A DNA stretch of 63,941 nucleotides, filler included, from Vannella sp. (lineage: Eukaryota): the NCBI GenBank assembly GCA_023345925.1. It is 7 parts of 7 records of this genome, joined end to end, with 100 filler letters (N's around TTAATTAATTAA, not from the genome) between each part and the next. Parts side by side here need not be neighbours in the genome. Positions count along the whole stretch, not along the records: positions 34,557 to 48,297 come from JAJQQN010000902.1; positions 48,398 to 60,260 come from JAJQQN010001349.1; 5 more parts are not named here. One strand, given 5' to 3'. Within the stretch, counting starts at the first letter, position 1, and each line of letters opens with the position of its first letter. The translations under genes and the position numbers were made by a program. Below the pieces are notes generated by a model that was given only the letters and a program-made list of their open reading frames with translations, was not told where the DNA came from and did no database searches. This document shows positions 46,693 to 57,287 of this stretch, in pieces.

Positions 46693-46821
46693 CCTCAAGC
46701 ACTGGGAACGTTGCCTTTTTCTATGGACTAGAGAAGACCATTCCTGGCCAATCACAGGAGGCCACGTCAGGGGAATTGGAGGTTTCTCGGTTGCCCAAAT
46801 GCACGCCATTTTTCTCTGTTC

Positions 46822-47688
46822 ATGCTTGCGTGCAAGCACCTCGTCTGCGAATTTATTTCAAAAAACGGTGCTATAGAGCGCTACCAGTGCAAACATAAGG
46901 GCAATTTGAGCAAACACCACCACCGCAGTGACGGGCATCCATGCTGCACTGGAGAGGGGAAGTGTTCCCTGTTTCAAAGCTTAAAAAAGCAGGAGCTGAT
47001 TCCAAAGTTACAACCTCGTCACCGTGAGGGGAAGCACATCTGTCGGCATGAAGATTGCGAGCGCAAGTTCCACAACACAGAAAGCCGCCGTGCTCATGAG
47101 CATGTTTTTCACAGCTGCTTAGAGTGTAGCCGATGCACTGAAACCATCAAGATAAGAGATAGTCACGCTGAACAGCGCATTGCTGCTGAACAGTTGACCG
47201 TACAGGCCCGCCAAAAGGCTGATCAGGAAGAGATGGAGAACTTTCTGAGGCAGGAACGGGTTGTCCGAGGAGCTATTCCTGTTGACGACAGAGGCAGAGG
47301 ATTTGCAGTCAAGATTCTCTCCGAAGGAGGTGTTCTCTATGAGCCTCTTGATGAGTATCGCAGCCGCGTAGCTAATTCAGTGTTGGAAATCTGTATGTGG
47401 CTCTTAGACAACACTGCAAGACCTCAGAAGATCGTCAAATTGCTCCTCGAGAACGGCCAGATTGTCGAACGGATGTTGTCATGTGCTTCAACGGATGAAG
47501 CCTTGCATGTACTTCGCGGCCATCAAAGCTTCACTCAAGAGATGTTCATGATGCCTGAGTCACGCGATTTTGTCGCACGGCTCCCGGTTCCAACCATTGA
47601 TGCATGTCTTATGTTGAAAGATACTCTTAGCATTTCCGACCATGGATGGAAGCTCGTTCAAGAGGCAATGAATCTTCCTCCTCAATGA
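46822..47688 (+). CDS. Orphan Cys/His-rich protein with a C2H2-like finger; possibly a truncated or transposon-derived gene
   Basis: CRHEDCERKF....RRAHEHVFHSC; no introns; downstream sequence looks like broken coding frames. Confidence 0.45.
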   Translation: MLACKHLVCEFISKNGAIERYQCKHKGNLSKHHHRSDGHPCCTGEGKCSLFQSLKKQELIPKLQPRHREGKHICRHEDCERKFHNTESRRAHEHVFHSCLECSRCTETIKIRDSHAEQRIAAEQLTVQARQKADQEEMENFLRQERVVRGAIPVDDRGRGFAVKILSEGGVLYEPLDEYRSRVANSVLEICMWLLDNTARPQKIVKLLLENGQIVERMLSCASTDEALHVLRGHQSFTQEMFMMPESRDFVARLPVPTIDACLMLKDTLSISDHGWKLVQEAMNLPPQ

Positions 47689-48297
47689 GCAAAGGATCAA
47701 GAGAACAACAGTGAATACATCGATTTCTGGGATTTACGCGATGGTTGACCTCTCTTGGAATAATCTGTGATTTAATCCACCGTCTAGAACCAACCGCGAG
47801 CTGCCACGGTCTCTCATTCATGACTAAGGGTGAAGAGAACTCCTTCCATGCTCTATCTTGCCGTTGATCACACCCACTTCTATCGGACCGATCGATCTAT
47901 CGGAAGCTGTCGTTGTGGTGTTCACTAACTTCTTGGTGAACGAAAGGTGAAGGTTCCTACTCCTTTCTCTTTCCAGCTGTAAGACTCTTCCTTCACGTAA
48001 GGCCTAAAGAGTAAGCTTAGAAGGTTGCTGGTGGTGTTCCCGTTCGTTAACAACCGACGCTGGCTCCAGCTCTCCGTTTGAAGTCCAAAGACCACGAAAA
48101 GAGGGCTACTCCACATTTAAAGGTACTGTGAGAGGCAAATGCATCATCAACAACTCCCAACGACCCAGAGGCAGGCTGTTCCCATTATCAACCAATCAGG
48201 TGTGAGCAAAAAGGCCTTCCTCGTCCTCTGATTGGTTGAAAGGCAGAGCTCTTGATCACTAAGGCTTCTCAGGGAGTGGGAGGGTGTGAATGTACTA

Positions 48298-48397
48298 NNN
48301 NNNNNNNNNNNNNNNNNNNNNNNNNNNNNNNNNNNNNNNNNTTAATTAATTAANNNNNNNNNNNNNNNNNNNNNNNNNNNNNNNNNNNNNNNNNNNN
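48298..48397. other. Artificial contig linker
   Basis: N44-TTAATTAATTAA-N44. Confidence 0.98.
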
Positions 48398-48574
48398 TTT
48401 GGAGGGGGAGCTCCTTCTGCATCTCCCTTTGGTGGAGGTCCTTCGGTCTTTGGTGGCTCCCCGGCAGCATCTCCCTTTGGAGGAGCTCCCTCAGCATCTC
48501 CCTTTGGTGGAGGCCCTTCTGCATCTCCCTTTGGAGCACCTCCTTCAAGTAATTCGTGGGAACCCCGCAAATAG
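48398..48574 (+). CDS. C-terminal end of an FG-repeat protein, probably an FG-nucleoporin (Nup214/Nup159-like); 5'-partial
   Basis: The frame starting at 48398 reads FGGGAPSASPFGGGPSVFGGSPAASPFGGAPSASPFGGGPSASPFGAPPSSNSWEPRK*. The 27-bp repeat units vary mainly at third codon positions in this frame. Confidence 0.7.
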   Translation, partial: FGGGAPSASPFGGGPSVFGGSPAASPFGGAPSASPFGGGPSASPFGAPPSSNSWEPRK

Positions 48575-48858
48575 ATCACACCATGTCAATGCTGCAAGAA
48601 GCGCTCAATAAATGGTCCCTAAGCAGCAAAGAGAGGGTCTGGGTGGGTCACCTCTTGGGAAGTCACCCACTCCACCAAAACCAGAAAGTGGGAGGTCACA
48701 TGATCTCCTCCCCTCTCCACATGATCTTGGCAAACAGTAATTCTCGATTCAATTCCATTGAATCCCATTAAACGGGAAAATGGCCTAAAAAAGCTCATTT
48801 TTGGAACCTTCGTCGGTTCTACCGGACTCCTCGTGAGTAGTTGCTGGCGAGTGATAGA

Positions 48859-50563
48859 ATGCCACTTGAGAAGCTTGCTGTAGAGTTCACGAAAACGGTC
48901 CCTTCGATGGGAAGGAGCAAGCGGCGGCAAGGGTTGATGTTCGAGTCTGTGAGCGAAGGGGACCCTGACTCCCTGTCTGGCGCCTACATTCGCCCCATCG
49001 CAGCACTAAGCCAACCCCTCCCACAAGAAGAAGGCCTTCCGCTATCCGCTCCCACAAACCCGCCACCCGCCGAAGCCGCCAGCCCTCCCTCTTCCCCACA
49101 GCCTTCTGCGTGTACATAAACTCTTTCTGTTGAATGGAGAAGCTTTATTAACAGGTGGGATGAGCTGGGCGGAGACGGAGCAGTGGCACCTCGACGTGAG
49201 CAGCTTTCTTCGACCGAAGAGGCTTCAGTACGACGAGGCGGGGTGGTTATACGATCCCCTGAGGATCAATAAGGTTGATTGTGTTCGCCATGGCCTTGAT
49301 GTGCTTACAACCGCTCTCCACCAGCTTGTTTGCGTCCACGTGAGCCGTTCTTCTCCCTTCACCTTCAAGCAGATCTCCACTGGGGGCAAGGGACGAAGGC
49401 GGAAGAAGTTTGCAGCGACGAAGCTATCAGAGTTCCTTGAGCACTCCTCTGCTTGGGATCTGACCTGCCTCTTCACCTATTTGAAGGGGATTAAGGTGTT
49501 CCCCCTGTCGGAGGTGAATTGGGAGACCTGGAGAAACCTCATTATCACTTCTATACGGAATCCAGTTGCACACGGACGTACTGGGTCCAACTGCACGCCA
49601 GAGAAGGCGACGCACCACCTTACCACCATGAGGAGGTTCTTGCAGAGCCTTCGAGACTCAATCAAAGATCACCAGAAGCATACTGCTCACTACTCTATCC
49701 TTGATGCTGCCATGAACCAAATGGCGCCGGTAATGGACGATTGGAAAGCAACATGCGAGCTGATCGACCCGCTTGCGTGCCATCTGGCGTCAGTAACCTT
49801 AGAAGACAAGAAGCTAGCTGCAACTTCCACTCTAGCCCACATCATGGAGGCTATATCAAGCGAGAATGACGCTTTGGCACTTCGAGCGGTGGATTCTGTG
49901 CTCTCAACCCTAACTTGTCGCATCCTCCAGCCCCATAACAACGACCAATCCAGTTCCTTTCCACTTCCACTGCCGGCCATCGAAGCCATCACATCCGCAA
50001 AGGACAACCTGCGGATTGCCAAGTCCATTCTGCCTCCAAGCATTCGCCGTCTCCATCCCAACGCCGCTGTGGCTTCTCCCAAAGTTCAAATAGAGAAGAA
50101 CACACGAGGAGCAGCAAGGAGAGCTAAAGCTAAGGCGGTGACAGCAGTCCCTTGCATTGATTTAGCGACACATTCTCCTTCAGAATCCATTTTCGTTGAT
50201 CTTTCTGAGGATCCAGAGCCATCAGAAGACTACAAAAGCGTGCACTCGCCTTCTTTCTTAGATGACACTTCCCGTCCACCTTCTCCATCACTTGAAGAGT
50301 TCCTGATGACCTCTTCAAGCGACATTCAGATCCATGTGCCCCACAAGAGACGGGTCATTTCCCCTTCTAGTTCACCTCTCTGCTCACCAGATCCCAAGCG
50401 CCGCAAGGGAACTCAAAGAGAACCAAACAGTCCAAGTCTCAGTCCAAATCCGCCGGAATCAAGCGAAACGAAAAGTTCCGATTTGCCGGAATCGGGTGAA
50501 TTGGAAGGCCATTGGTCGGATCCCATGGACCCGCACTATTTCATTCTTCCTAAATTCACGTGA
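48859..50563 (+). CDS. Orphan protein with a putative HEPN (Swt1/DZIP3-like) RNase domain and Ser/Pro-rich tail
   Basis: Intron 49112-49154 joins the two ORFs in frame; WDLTCLFTYL and IRNPVAHG (RxxxxH) in helical context; NLS-like PKRRK. Confidence 0.6.
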
Positions 50564-50595
50564 GCCGCTTTCAAGTTGCATTTCCTCTTGTATTG

Positions 50596-51833
50596 ATGGA
50601 CGCTGAGGGGGCGGTTGTCTTGGGACCCTCCGAGGAGCTTGCTAAGAAGCGCTTTGAGCTGGAGAATGACGTTCAGTTGTTGAGTGAGGATGACTCTGTG
50701 TATAGGTTTGATGAGGAGGAGTACTACACGTCTATTGAGGGAACTCCGTGGAAGAACGAGTGAGAAAGTGTCTGGGGGAGGATGAAGACTGACTTGCTGC
50801 GTGGCTTCAGTGTGAGCTACTTTAAGAAAGTGAGAATCTCTGCGATTGCGCTGATCAAGATGACAATGCATGCGCGCTCTGGCGGTGACATTGAAGTTAT
50901 GGGCTTGATGCAGGTAGAACTCCCTATCTCTCCACCTCTACCGCACTTCTCTGATACTCCTGCTAGGGTAAAGTGGTAGGGAACACCATGGTTATCATGG
51001 ATGCCTTCCCCTTGCCCGTTAAAGGCACAGAAACTCAAGTCAACCCCGGCAACGAAGCGTACATCTACATTACCGAGTACCTGACAACGATTAGAGAGGT
51101 TGGAAAGGAAGAGAACCCTATTGGATGGTACCACAGTCACCCTGGTTATGGCTGCTGGCTCTCAGGGATCGACGTCTCCACACAAATGTCCTACCAACAG
51201 TTCCAGGAGCCTTGGCTGGCTGTTGTCGTGAGTGTCAGGCGTTTGAATGACACTCAAACTCATTCTTCTCTTGTAGATTGACCCAAAGAGAACGATTGCA
51301 TCGGGAAAGGTGGAGATAGGAGCCTTCAGGACGTATCCGGAAGGCTTCACACCCGAAGATGAACCTCCTTCTGAGTACCAACCCATTCCCTTGAACAAGA
51401 TTGAGGACTTTGGGGTTCACTGTAAGAGGTACTACCCTTTGGACATCTCTATCTTCAAGTCTACGTTGGATTCAACGCTCCTTGACCTTCTTTGGAACAA
51501 GTATTGGGTCAACACACTTTCCTCCTCTCCCATCTTCCTCGTAAGGACCTCCCCCAGATCGTAGGGTGTAGTAGAGACTGATACGCATCACAGAACCGAG
51601 ACTATACCAGTCGCCAGATCCTTGACCACGCCGAGAAGCTGAAACAGAGTTCTCGGCCCAAAGCTCCCGGCATGGGCCCACCCGGGGCCAGTAAGGACAA
51701 GGGAGAAGACTCGAAACTTACCAAGGTCTACCAAGACTGCTGCAAGACCACCACAGAGCACCTCCACGGCTTAATGTCGCAACTCTTCAAAGACCACCTC
51801 TTCAACCACATCCCTGCTGCAGGCTCCCTTTGA
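50596..51833 (+). CDS. CSN5: COP9 signalosome subunit 5 (JAMM deneddylase), multi-exon
   Basis: [63 protein letters not shown]. Confidence 0.96.
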
Positions 51834-51930
51834 GAGAGCCTTACTTTGACCATGTCCCTCGCACTGTGGACTTCCTAAACCTTCGAAACGTGCTCATTTC
51901 CCCTCCAAGGGATCATTTCTTCTCTCGTGC

Positions 51931-54900
51931 ATGGACGAGGACGACCTCCAGGCATCAGGTAAGGTCGTTTCTACAAGTAAGAGTAAGAAGAAGTCACGGA
52001 AGAGAAGGTACGTCTTGCAAAGGAGCCTCTTGTGGAGTAGAGGCGCTTTTCCCTTCTACTTTGGGGAACTCTTTGCTCTTTCACCTGTGTTTGAGCTGTT
52101 CTGACCGTGTGAGGGGCTGTACTTGTCTTTTTAGATCTACTCCATCCTCCAATTCGACAGGAACCGCACACAAGTACGCTAGAGCACGCCCTCCCTCTTT
52201 TTGCTGTGTTCTGACCTTCTCTCCCTCCACAGGCAACGAAAGCTGTCTCAAGAACAAGCAAGTCCCAATATGAGTGAACCAAACGAGCCCCCACTGCCAC
52301 TTCCGACTCCTGAAGTCCCAGAGGAAGAGTCATCCAACCCTTTAGGGATCCCTCCAGAGGCCTTGCAAGGCCTTATCAACCGATTCGGACCTAGCATAGG
52401 AGAACTACTGAATCCAGGCGCTCACAGATCCAGTAAGTGCCCGTATCCAGAGCTGTTCTTGTCATTGAAGTGTGAACTCTCTGTTTAGAGCGAAACGAGA
52501 AGGTTATGGAGATTCTAGCGCAGATACAAGCTATGGGAGATGAAGGGAGACAGTATGAAGGGCTCTGGGAGCTCTGCGAGTACTTCAACATGTCGATGGA
52601 GGAGTTGTTGGCTGGATTCCCCACAGACAGGTTCATTCCCGCCTTGGTAGAGCTCCTCAACTACGAACACAACCCTGACATCATGCTCCTGGCCACCCGA
52701 GCCATGTGCTACATGGTAGAAGCCATTCCCCGGTCTGCCAAGCTCGTAGTGCGCGAAGGGGCTGTTCCTCTTTTCTGTGCGAGACTTCTCTTCATCCAGT
52801 ACATCGATGTAGCTGAGCAGACACTCCAAATCTTGGGGAAACTTGCAAAGGACCAAGCCGCTGCTGTTCTCGAAGCGGGAGGGCTTGTGGCAATCCTCTC
52901 CTACTTGGACTTCTTCTCCCTCAGCGTCCAGCGCGAGTCAGTAGCAACCGCTGCAGCTCTCTGTAAGAGCATCAAAAGAGAACAGTTTGAACTCATTGAG
53001 AATGTGCTCCCGCTCCTCTCTAACCTTCTCACTCGTGAGGATCTGCAAAGTAAGTCGACTTCCGTCAGTCTTGCAAGGCCGCTCACAGGTGGCCAGTTGT
53101 TGAAGCCGGTATACTCTCGTATCAGAGATTGACCAAGTCACTTGAAGCACATCCAGAATGCATTCGGGCTTTGGCCGGGCAAGGGCTGGTGAAGAACTGC
53201 CTTGAGCTCTTAAGCGGAGCAGCTCCCGTAGGAATTATGGAACATCCAGGAGGAGTAATGAACATTCTCCAAGTGGTGTGCCGTGATCAACCGGAGACCA
53301 TTCTCACGATGTTGCACGAAGGAATTGCTCCGATTCTTGCCAATGCATTGCAAGGCTCAGAACAGAGTTCACACACTCCCACCCCAAATCCCCGCTACTT
53401 GCTTGATGTTCTCAACCTCTCTTGCGAACTTCTTCCGGCTCTACCGGGAAGCAGGGAGCCAATCCGGGTGGAACAGGATCTTTATTTCATTCCAGAGTCT
53501 CTTGATTATCCCGCTTCACCTCTGCGGGACCTTATTCTAGCAGAGCCAAACCTCTTTTTGACACTTTGCCAATCGCTTTACGGTCCTGTGAAGGTGACTT
53601 TCTCCAACAACGTCAACACAGAAGTGCGAACGAAATGCTTGCTCATCATCATGAAAGTGGTTCATTTTGTTCCCTCTGAGGACTTGAAGCCTCTCTTGAA
53701 GGACATGGGAACGTCCACATTTGTGGCCAACCTTCTTGCCTCTAATCGGTTGAGTTACTCTGGAACTGCTCTTCGACTGACGACGGAACTGATGGAGAAG
53801 ATGCCTGATATCTTCTCTCTTTATTTTCAGCGAGAAGGAGTCGTATTTGAGGTTAATAGGATCGCTTCTGAGAAGTTTTTGGCCACTGCTGAGGAGGAGA
53901 AGAACCAAAATCTCCGCAACATCAAGCTCTGGATGTCTTCAGAAGCCAAGAAGATTCAAACCCTTTATTTCACCGCCAGCAAGGAGGGAGAATGTACTGA
54001 GACTACGACAGGCGAGCTCCTTTCTCTTCAAACAGAGCTTAAAAAGCTCTGTTCCACCTCAGAGAGTGAAGCAGAGGAAGGATTGCGGGCTATCGCGAAC
54101 ATGTTCCGGTCAGGAGAAGGAGGAATCTCTACTTTTGAATTCCTACGTAGCGGGGCAACCGAAATCCTACACTCCTTCTTGACCACCAGTGATGACGAAA
54201 AGGTCTTGGCGGAAAGATGGGTCAGTTTCAGCCAAGCTATGAATAGCGATGAGGGAGCTCCTCTTAAAGCTCTCATCCAACTCCTTCAAAATAGCTTGGC
54301 CCAGACGGAGAAGTTTGTGGTAGTCAGCAATGATACAAAAGGAAACTCTTCGGGAATCAAGTTCCTTGCGAGACCCTTCCGCATTCGCTTACAACGTGCC
54401 GAGAATGAGCAAATATTGCAGGACTTTTCATCCAATTCAGTCGGCATTGAGCCTCTTGCCTCTATCCGCAGTATCGAAGAGTTTCTGTGGAGCAAGGTAA
54501 AGCCTTTGACTAGCTCTGGAGAACTTCGCCGTGGTGGTGTCGACTTCACTGGTGATGGAGAAGAGACAGTTATCGAAGGCCATGTTTCCAATGAAGAGGA
54601 AAATGAATCTGCCCTTCCAGAAGAGTCTCTGTCCAGCATCCAACAGAACTCCAGCAACCTTGAGTTCTGGCATGAAGGAAGGCCACTCTCCTGTGACCAA
54701 ACGATTCTGAGTGTCTTCCAGCATTATTTCCTTCGCTCTCTCAACGCAGAGCAAGCAGAGAATCTCTCGTCGACTGTTCCAGCTCGCCAGATGTGGAACT
54801 CTGAGTACACAATCACTTATCAACGCGCTACTCCTGCCCCAGCAATTTCCTCCGCCCTCCCAACTCCCACTCTCATCCTGCAAGGGGAAAGCCTGACAGA

Positions 54901-56643
54901 ATATCTCAACCGAGAATCACTTACCACTCCAATTGATCCTGCTGAAGCTGGGATCTGCGACTCTGTTTGGAGTATCCTCAAACTTTTGAAGTTCCTTTTT
55001 GCATTTGTAACGCTGTGGGAGCCAAAAGATCCTTGCAAGGCTATTCGAGGTTCTGCAGAGCTGGAGTTCACTTTCATCTCCTCCAAAGTGTCTCAAAAAC
55101 TCTCTCAGCAGCTTCTGGACACCCTTTCTACCTGTAGCGGCACTTTCCCTTTGTGGTGTGAGCTGATAGTTAAGAGCTTTTCTTTCCTTATTCCTTTTGA
55201 ACTGCACCGCCAATACTTCTCCTCTACCAGCATGGGTCTTGCCAGGGCACTCCACACCCTACAACGCAATGCACCCCCTGCCTCAGATAGTGAACTTACG
55301 AAGGGCTTTAGACTAGGCCGAATCCAACGACAGAAAGTGAAGATCTCTCGCTCAAGAGTGCTAGCAAGTGCAATCCGAGTATTTGGATTGTATGGGAGTT
55401 CCAAGTCTGTTCTGGAAGTCGAATACTTTGGCGAGGCAGGGACAGGACTTGGTCCAACTCAAGAGTTCTTCACTCTCTTATCACACCAACTCCAACGGGA
55501 AGACTTAGAAATGTGGGCGCACGATGGGACCTACTCAAATAGCGACGAAGTATTCACTGTCACAGAATCTGACACCCACACCAACTCAGCTCAAGAGGAA
55601 CGAGAAGAACAAGACGAAGTCATCAAAAAAGATGGACCCTTTGTCTTTGTTACCAACAAAGGCGGCCTCTTCCCTGCTCCTTTGGGGAACAACCCAAAAC
55701 TGACGCTCCAAATGTTCAGCCTTCTCGGCAATGTTGTGGGGAAAGCCATTCTGGATGACCGGATGTTGGATATACACTTTGCGCCTGCATTCTTCAAGTG
55801 GATGATGGGCCGTAAGCTCACTTTCTCTGACATGGGAACCGTTTATCCGCAAATTGCCAAGTCACTCCAAGCTTTCGCGGAGCTGGCAGCCAGCTATCAC
55901 TCCGCCGTCGCTTCTGGAACACCTTTGGAGGAAGCTAAGAAGTCGCTACTCTTCAATGGATCTTCTGTGGAGGAACTGAGCTTGTATTTCGTACTTCCGA
56001 ACCGGCAAGAGCAGGAATTGTGTGCAGGAGGTGCCAATAAGCAAGTGACTTTGGAGAATCTAAGGGAGTATGTTGATCTTGTAGTTGACCAATTGCTCCT
56101 CAGTGGTGTTCAACAACAAATGAACGCGTTCCGAGCTGGTGTGGAGGTTGCCATCCCCCTCACAACCCTGGATGGCTTCACAGCAGATGAACTTGACGGT
56201 CTCGTGTGCGGATGGTCCGCTACTAACCCTGATTACTGGAGCCCCCAAGGTAAGTCTCATCTTCTCTGTTGCTAGCAAGACTAACAAGATATTGCCACTC
56301 AGCTATCCTCGATGCCATCGTGTGCGACCACCAGTACACCATTCACAGCACCCCCGTGCAGTACTTTGTGGCAGGATTGGCTTCTCTCTCTGATGCGGAG
56401 AAGAGCAAGTTCGTGCGCTTCCTTACTGGAAGCCCAAAGCTACCCATCGGAGGCTTTAAGAGTCTTCAGCCACGATTGACCGTCGTAAGGAAGGAAACCG
56501 ACGGGGACCCTGACGGCTACCTCCCTTCAGTAATGACTTGCGTCAACTATGTGAAGCTTCCACGCTACTCTTCCCTGGAACTGACAACACAGCGCATCCG
56601 ACAAGCCATCTCAGAAGGCCAGGGCTCCTTCCACCTCTCCTAA
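51931..56643 (+). CDS. HECT E3 ubiquitin ligase of the TRIP12/UPL3/Ufd4 family, multi-exon
   Basis: ARM repeats (EHNPDIMLLA.RA, IQYIDVAEQ), ISTFEF, RLGRIQRQKV, EVEYFGEAGTGLGPT.EF, LPSVMTCVNYVKLP, GQGSFHLS. Small 5' exons start at 51931 (introns 52008-52134 and ~52174-52232). Confidence 0.94.
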
Positions 56644-56717
56644 CTGATAAACAAACCGATACGGGATGCTAGAGTGTATGAGACAGAGTTATCGTTCTAC
56701 TGCACACGCAAGGATAT

Positions 56718-57168
56718 TCAAACAAGCTTGTTTCCGCATCCACCGCAGAAGCGATCCGCTTCCTCTCGCTTACGTCCGCACTCAGAGCAGAACCTGGCAG
56801 CTGTGGTGGGTGCCTGTGGGGCTTCCACTTGTGTTTGCTGGGGTTCTGGAGCGGCAGCTTCGTCGAGGCGCGTTTCCATGCGAGCTGGCGCACCCAAGAT
56901 GGGGTCGGCGACACGATAGTAAGCAGGAGCTACATCAGGGGTCTTGTTGTACCTGGCTCGATCATTCATCAGCCTCCATATGAGTGTACTGAAGCCCCAG
57001 TACTTACGAGTTGACGTCCTTTTGGTGTTTTTTGTTGGCTTCGCGCTCCTTGAACTCGAGAGCCCAGCAGAGGTTGTGCCACACCTTATCTTCAGCAAGC
57101 TTTTGTTCGGCTGCGTAAACAGACTTTGTGCATCGAGAACACTTGGAGGGAACGCCAAAGAGGGACAT
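56718..57168 (-). CDS. Small protein with a half-LIM (CRIP-like) finger and a C-terminal zinc ribbon
   Basis: KCSRCTKSVYAAE...WHNLC; intron 56953-57007; RFCSECG...RFCGGCG. Confidence 0.8.
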
Positions 57169-57287
57169 GTAAGCAAGACAGAGAGAAAAAAGAAGACTTT
57201 GGCTCGAAGTGTGAAAAAGAAAGTGCATCAGAAGAGAATTAAAAAAAATAATAATCGAGAAATAAATTTTAAGATTTCTTCGATTTT

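Noticed and set aside
48342..48611. Collagen-like PKGDAEG and QREM repeat ORFs in the ORF track
   Set aside because: Shadow frames of the + strand FG-repeat coding sequence; they also run into the N linker.
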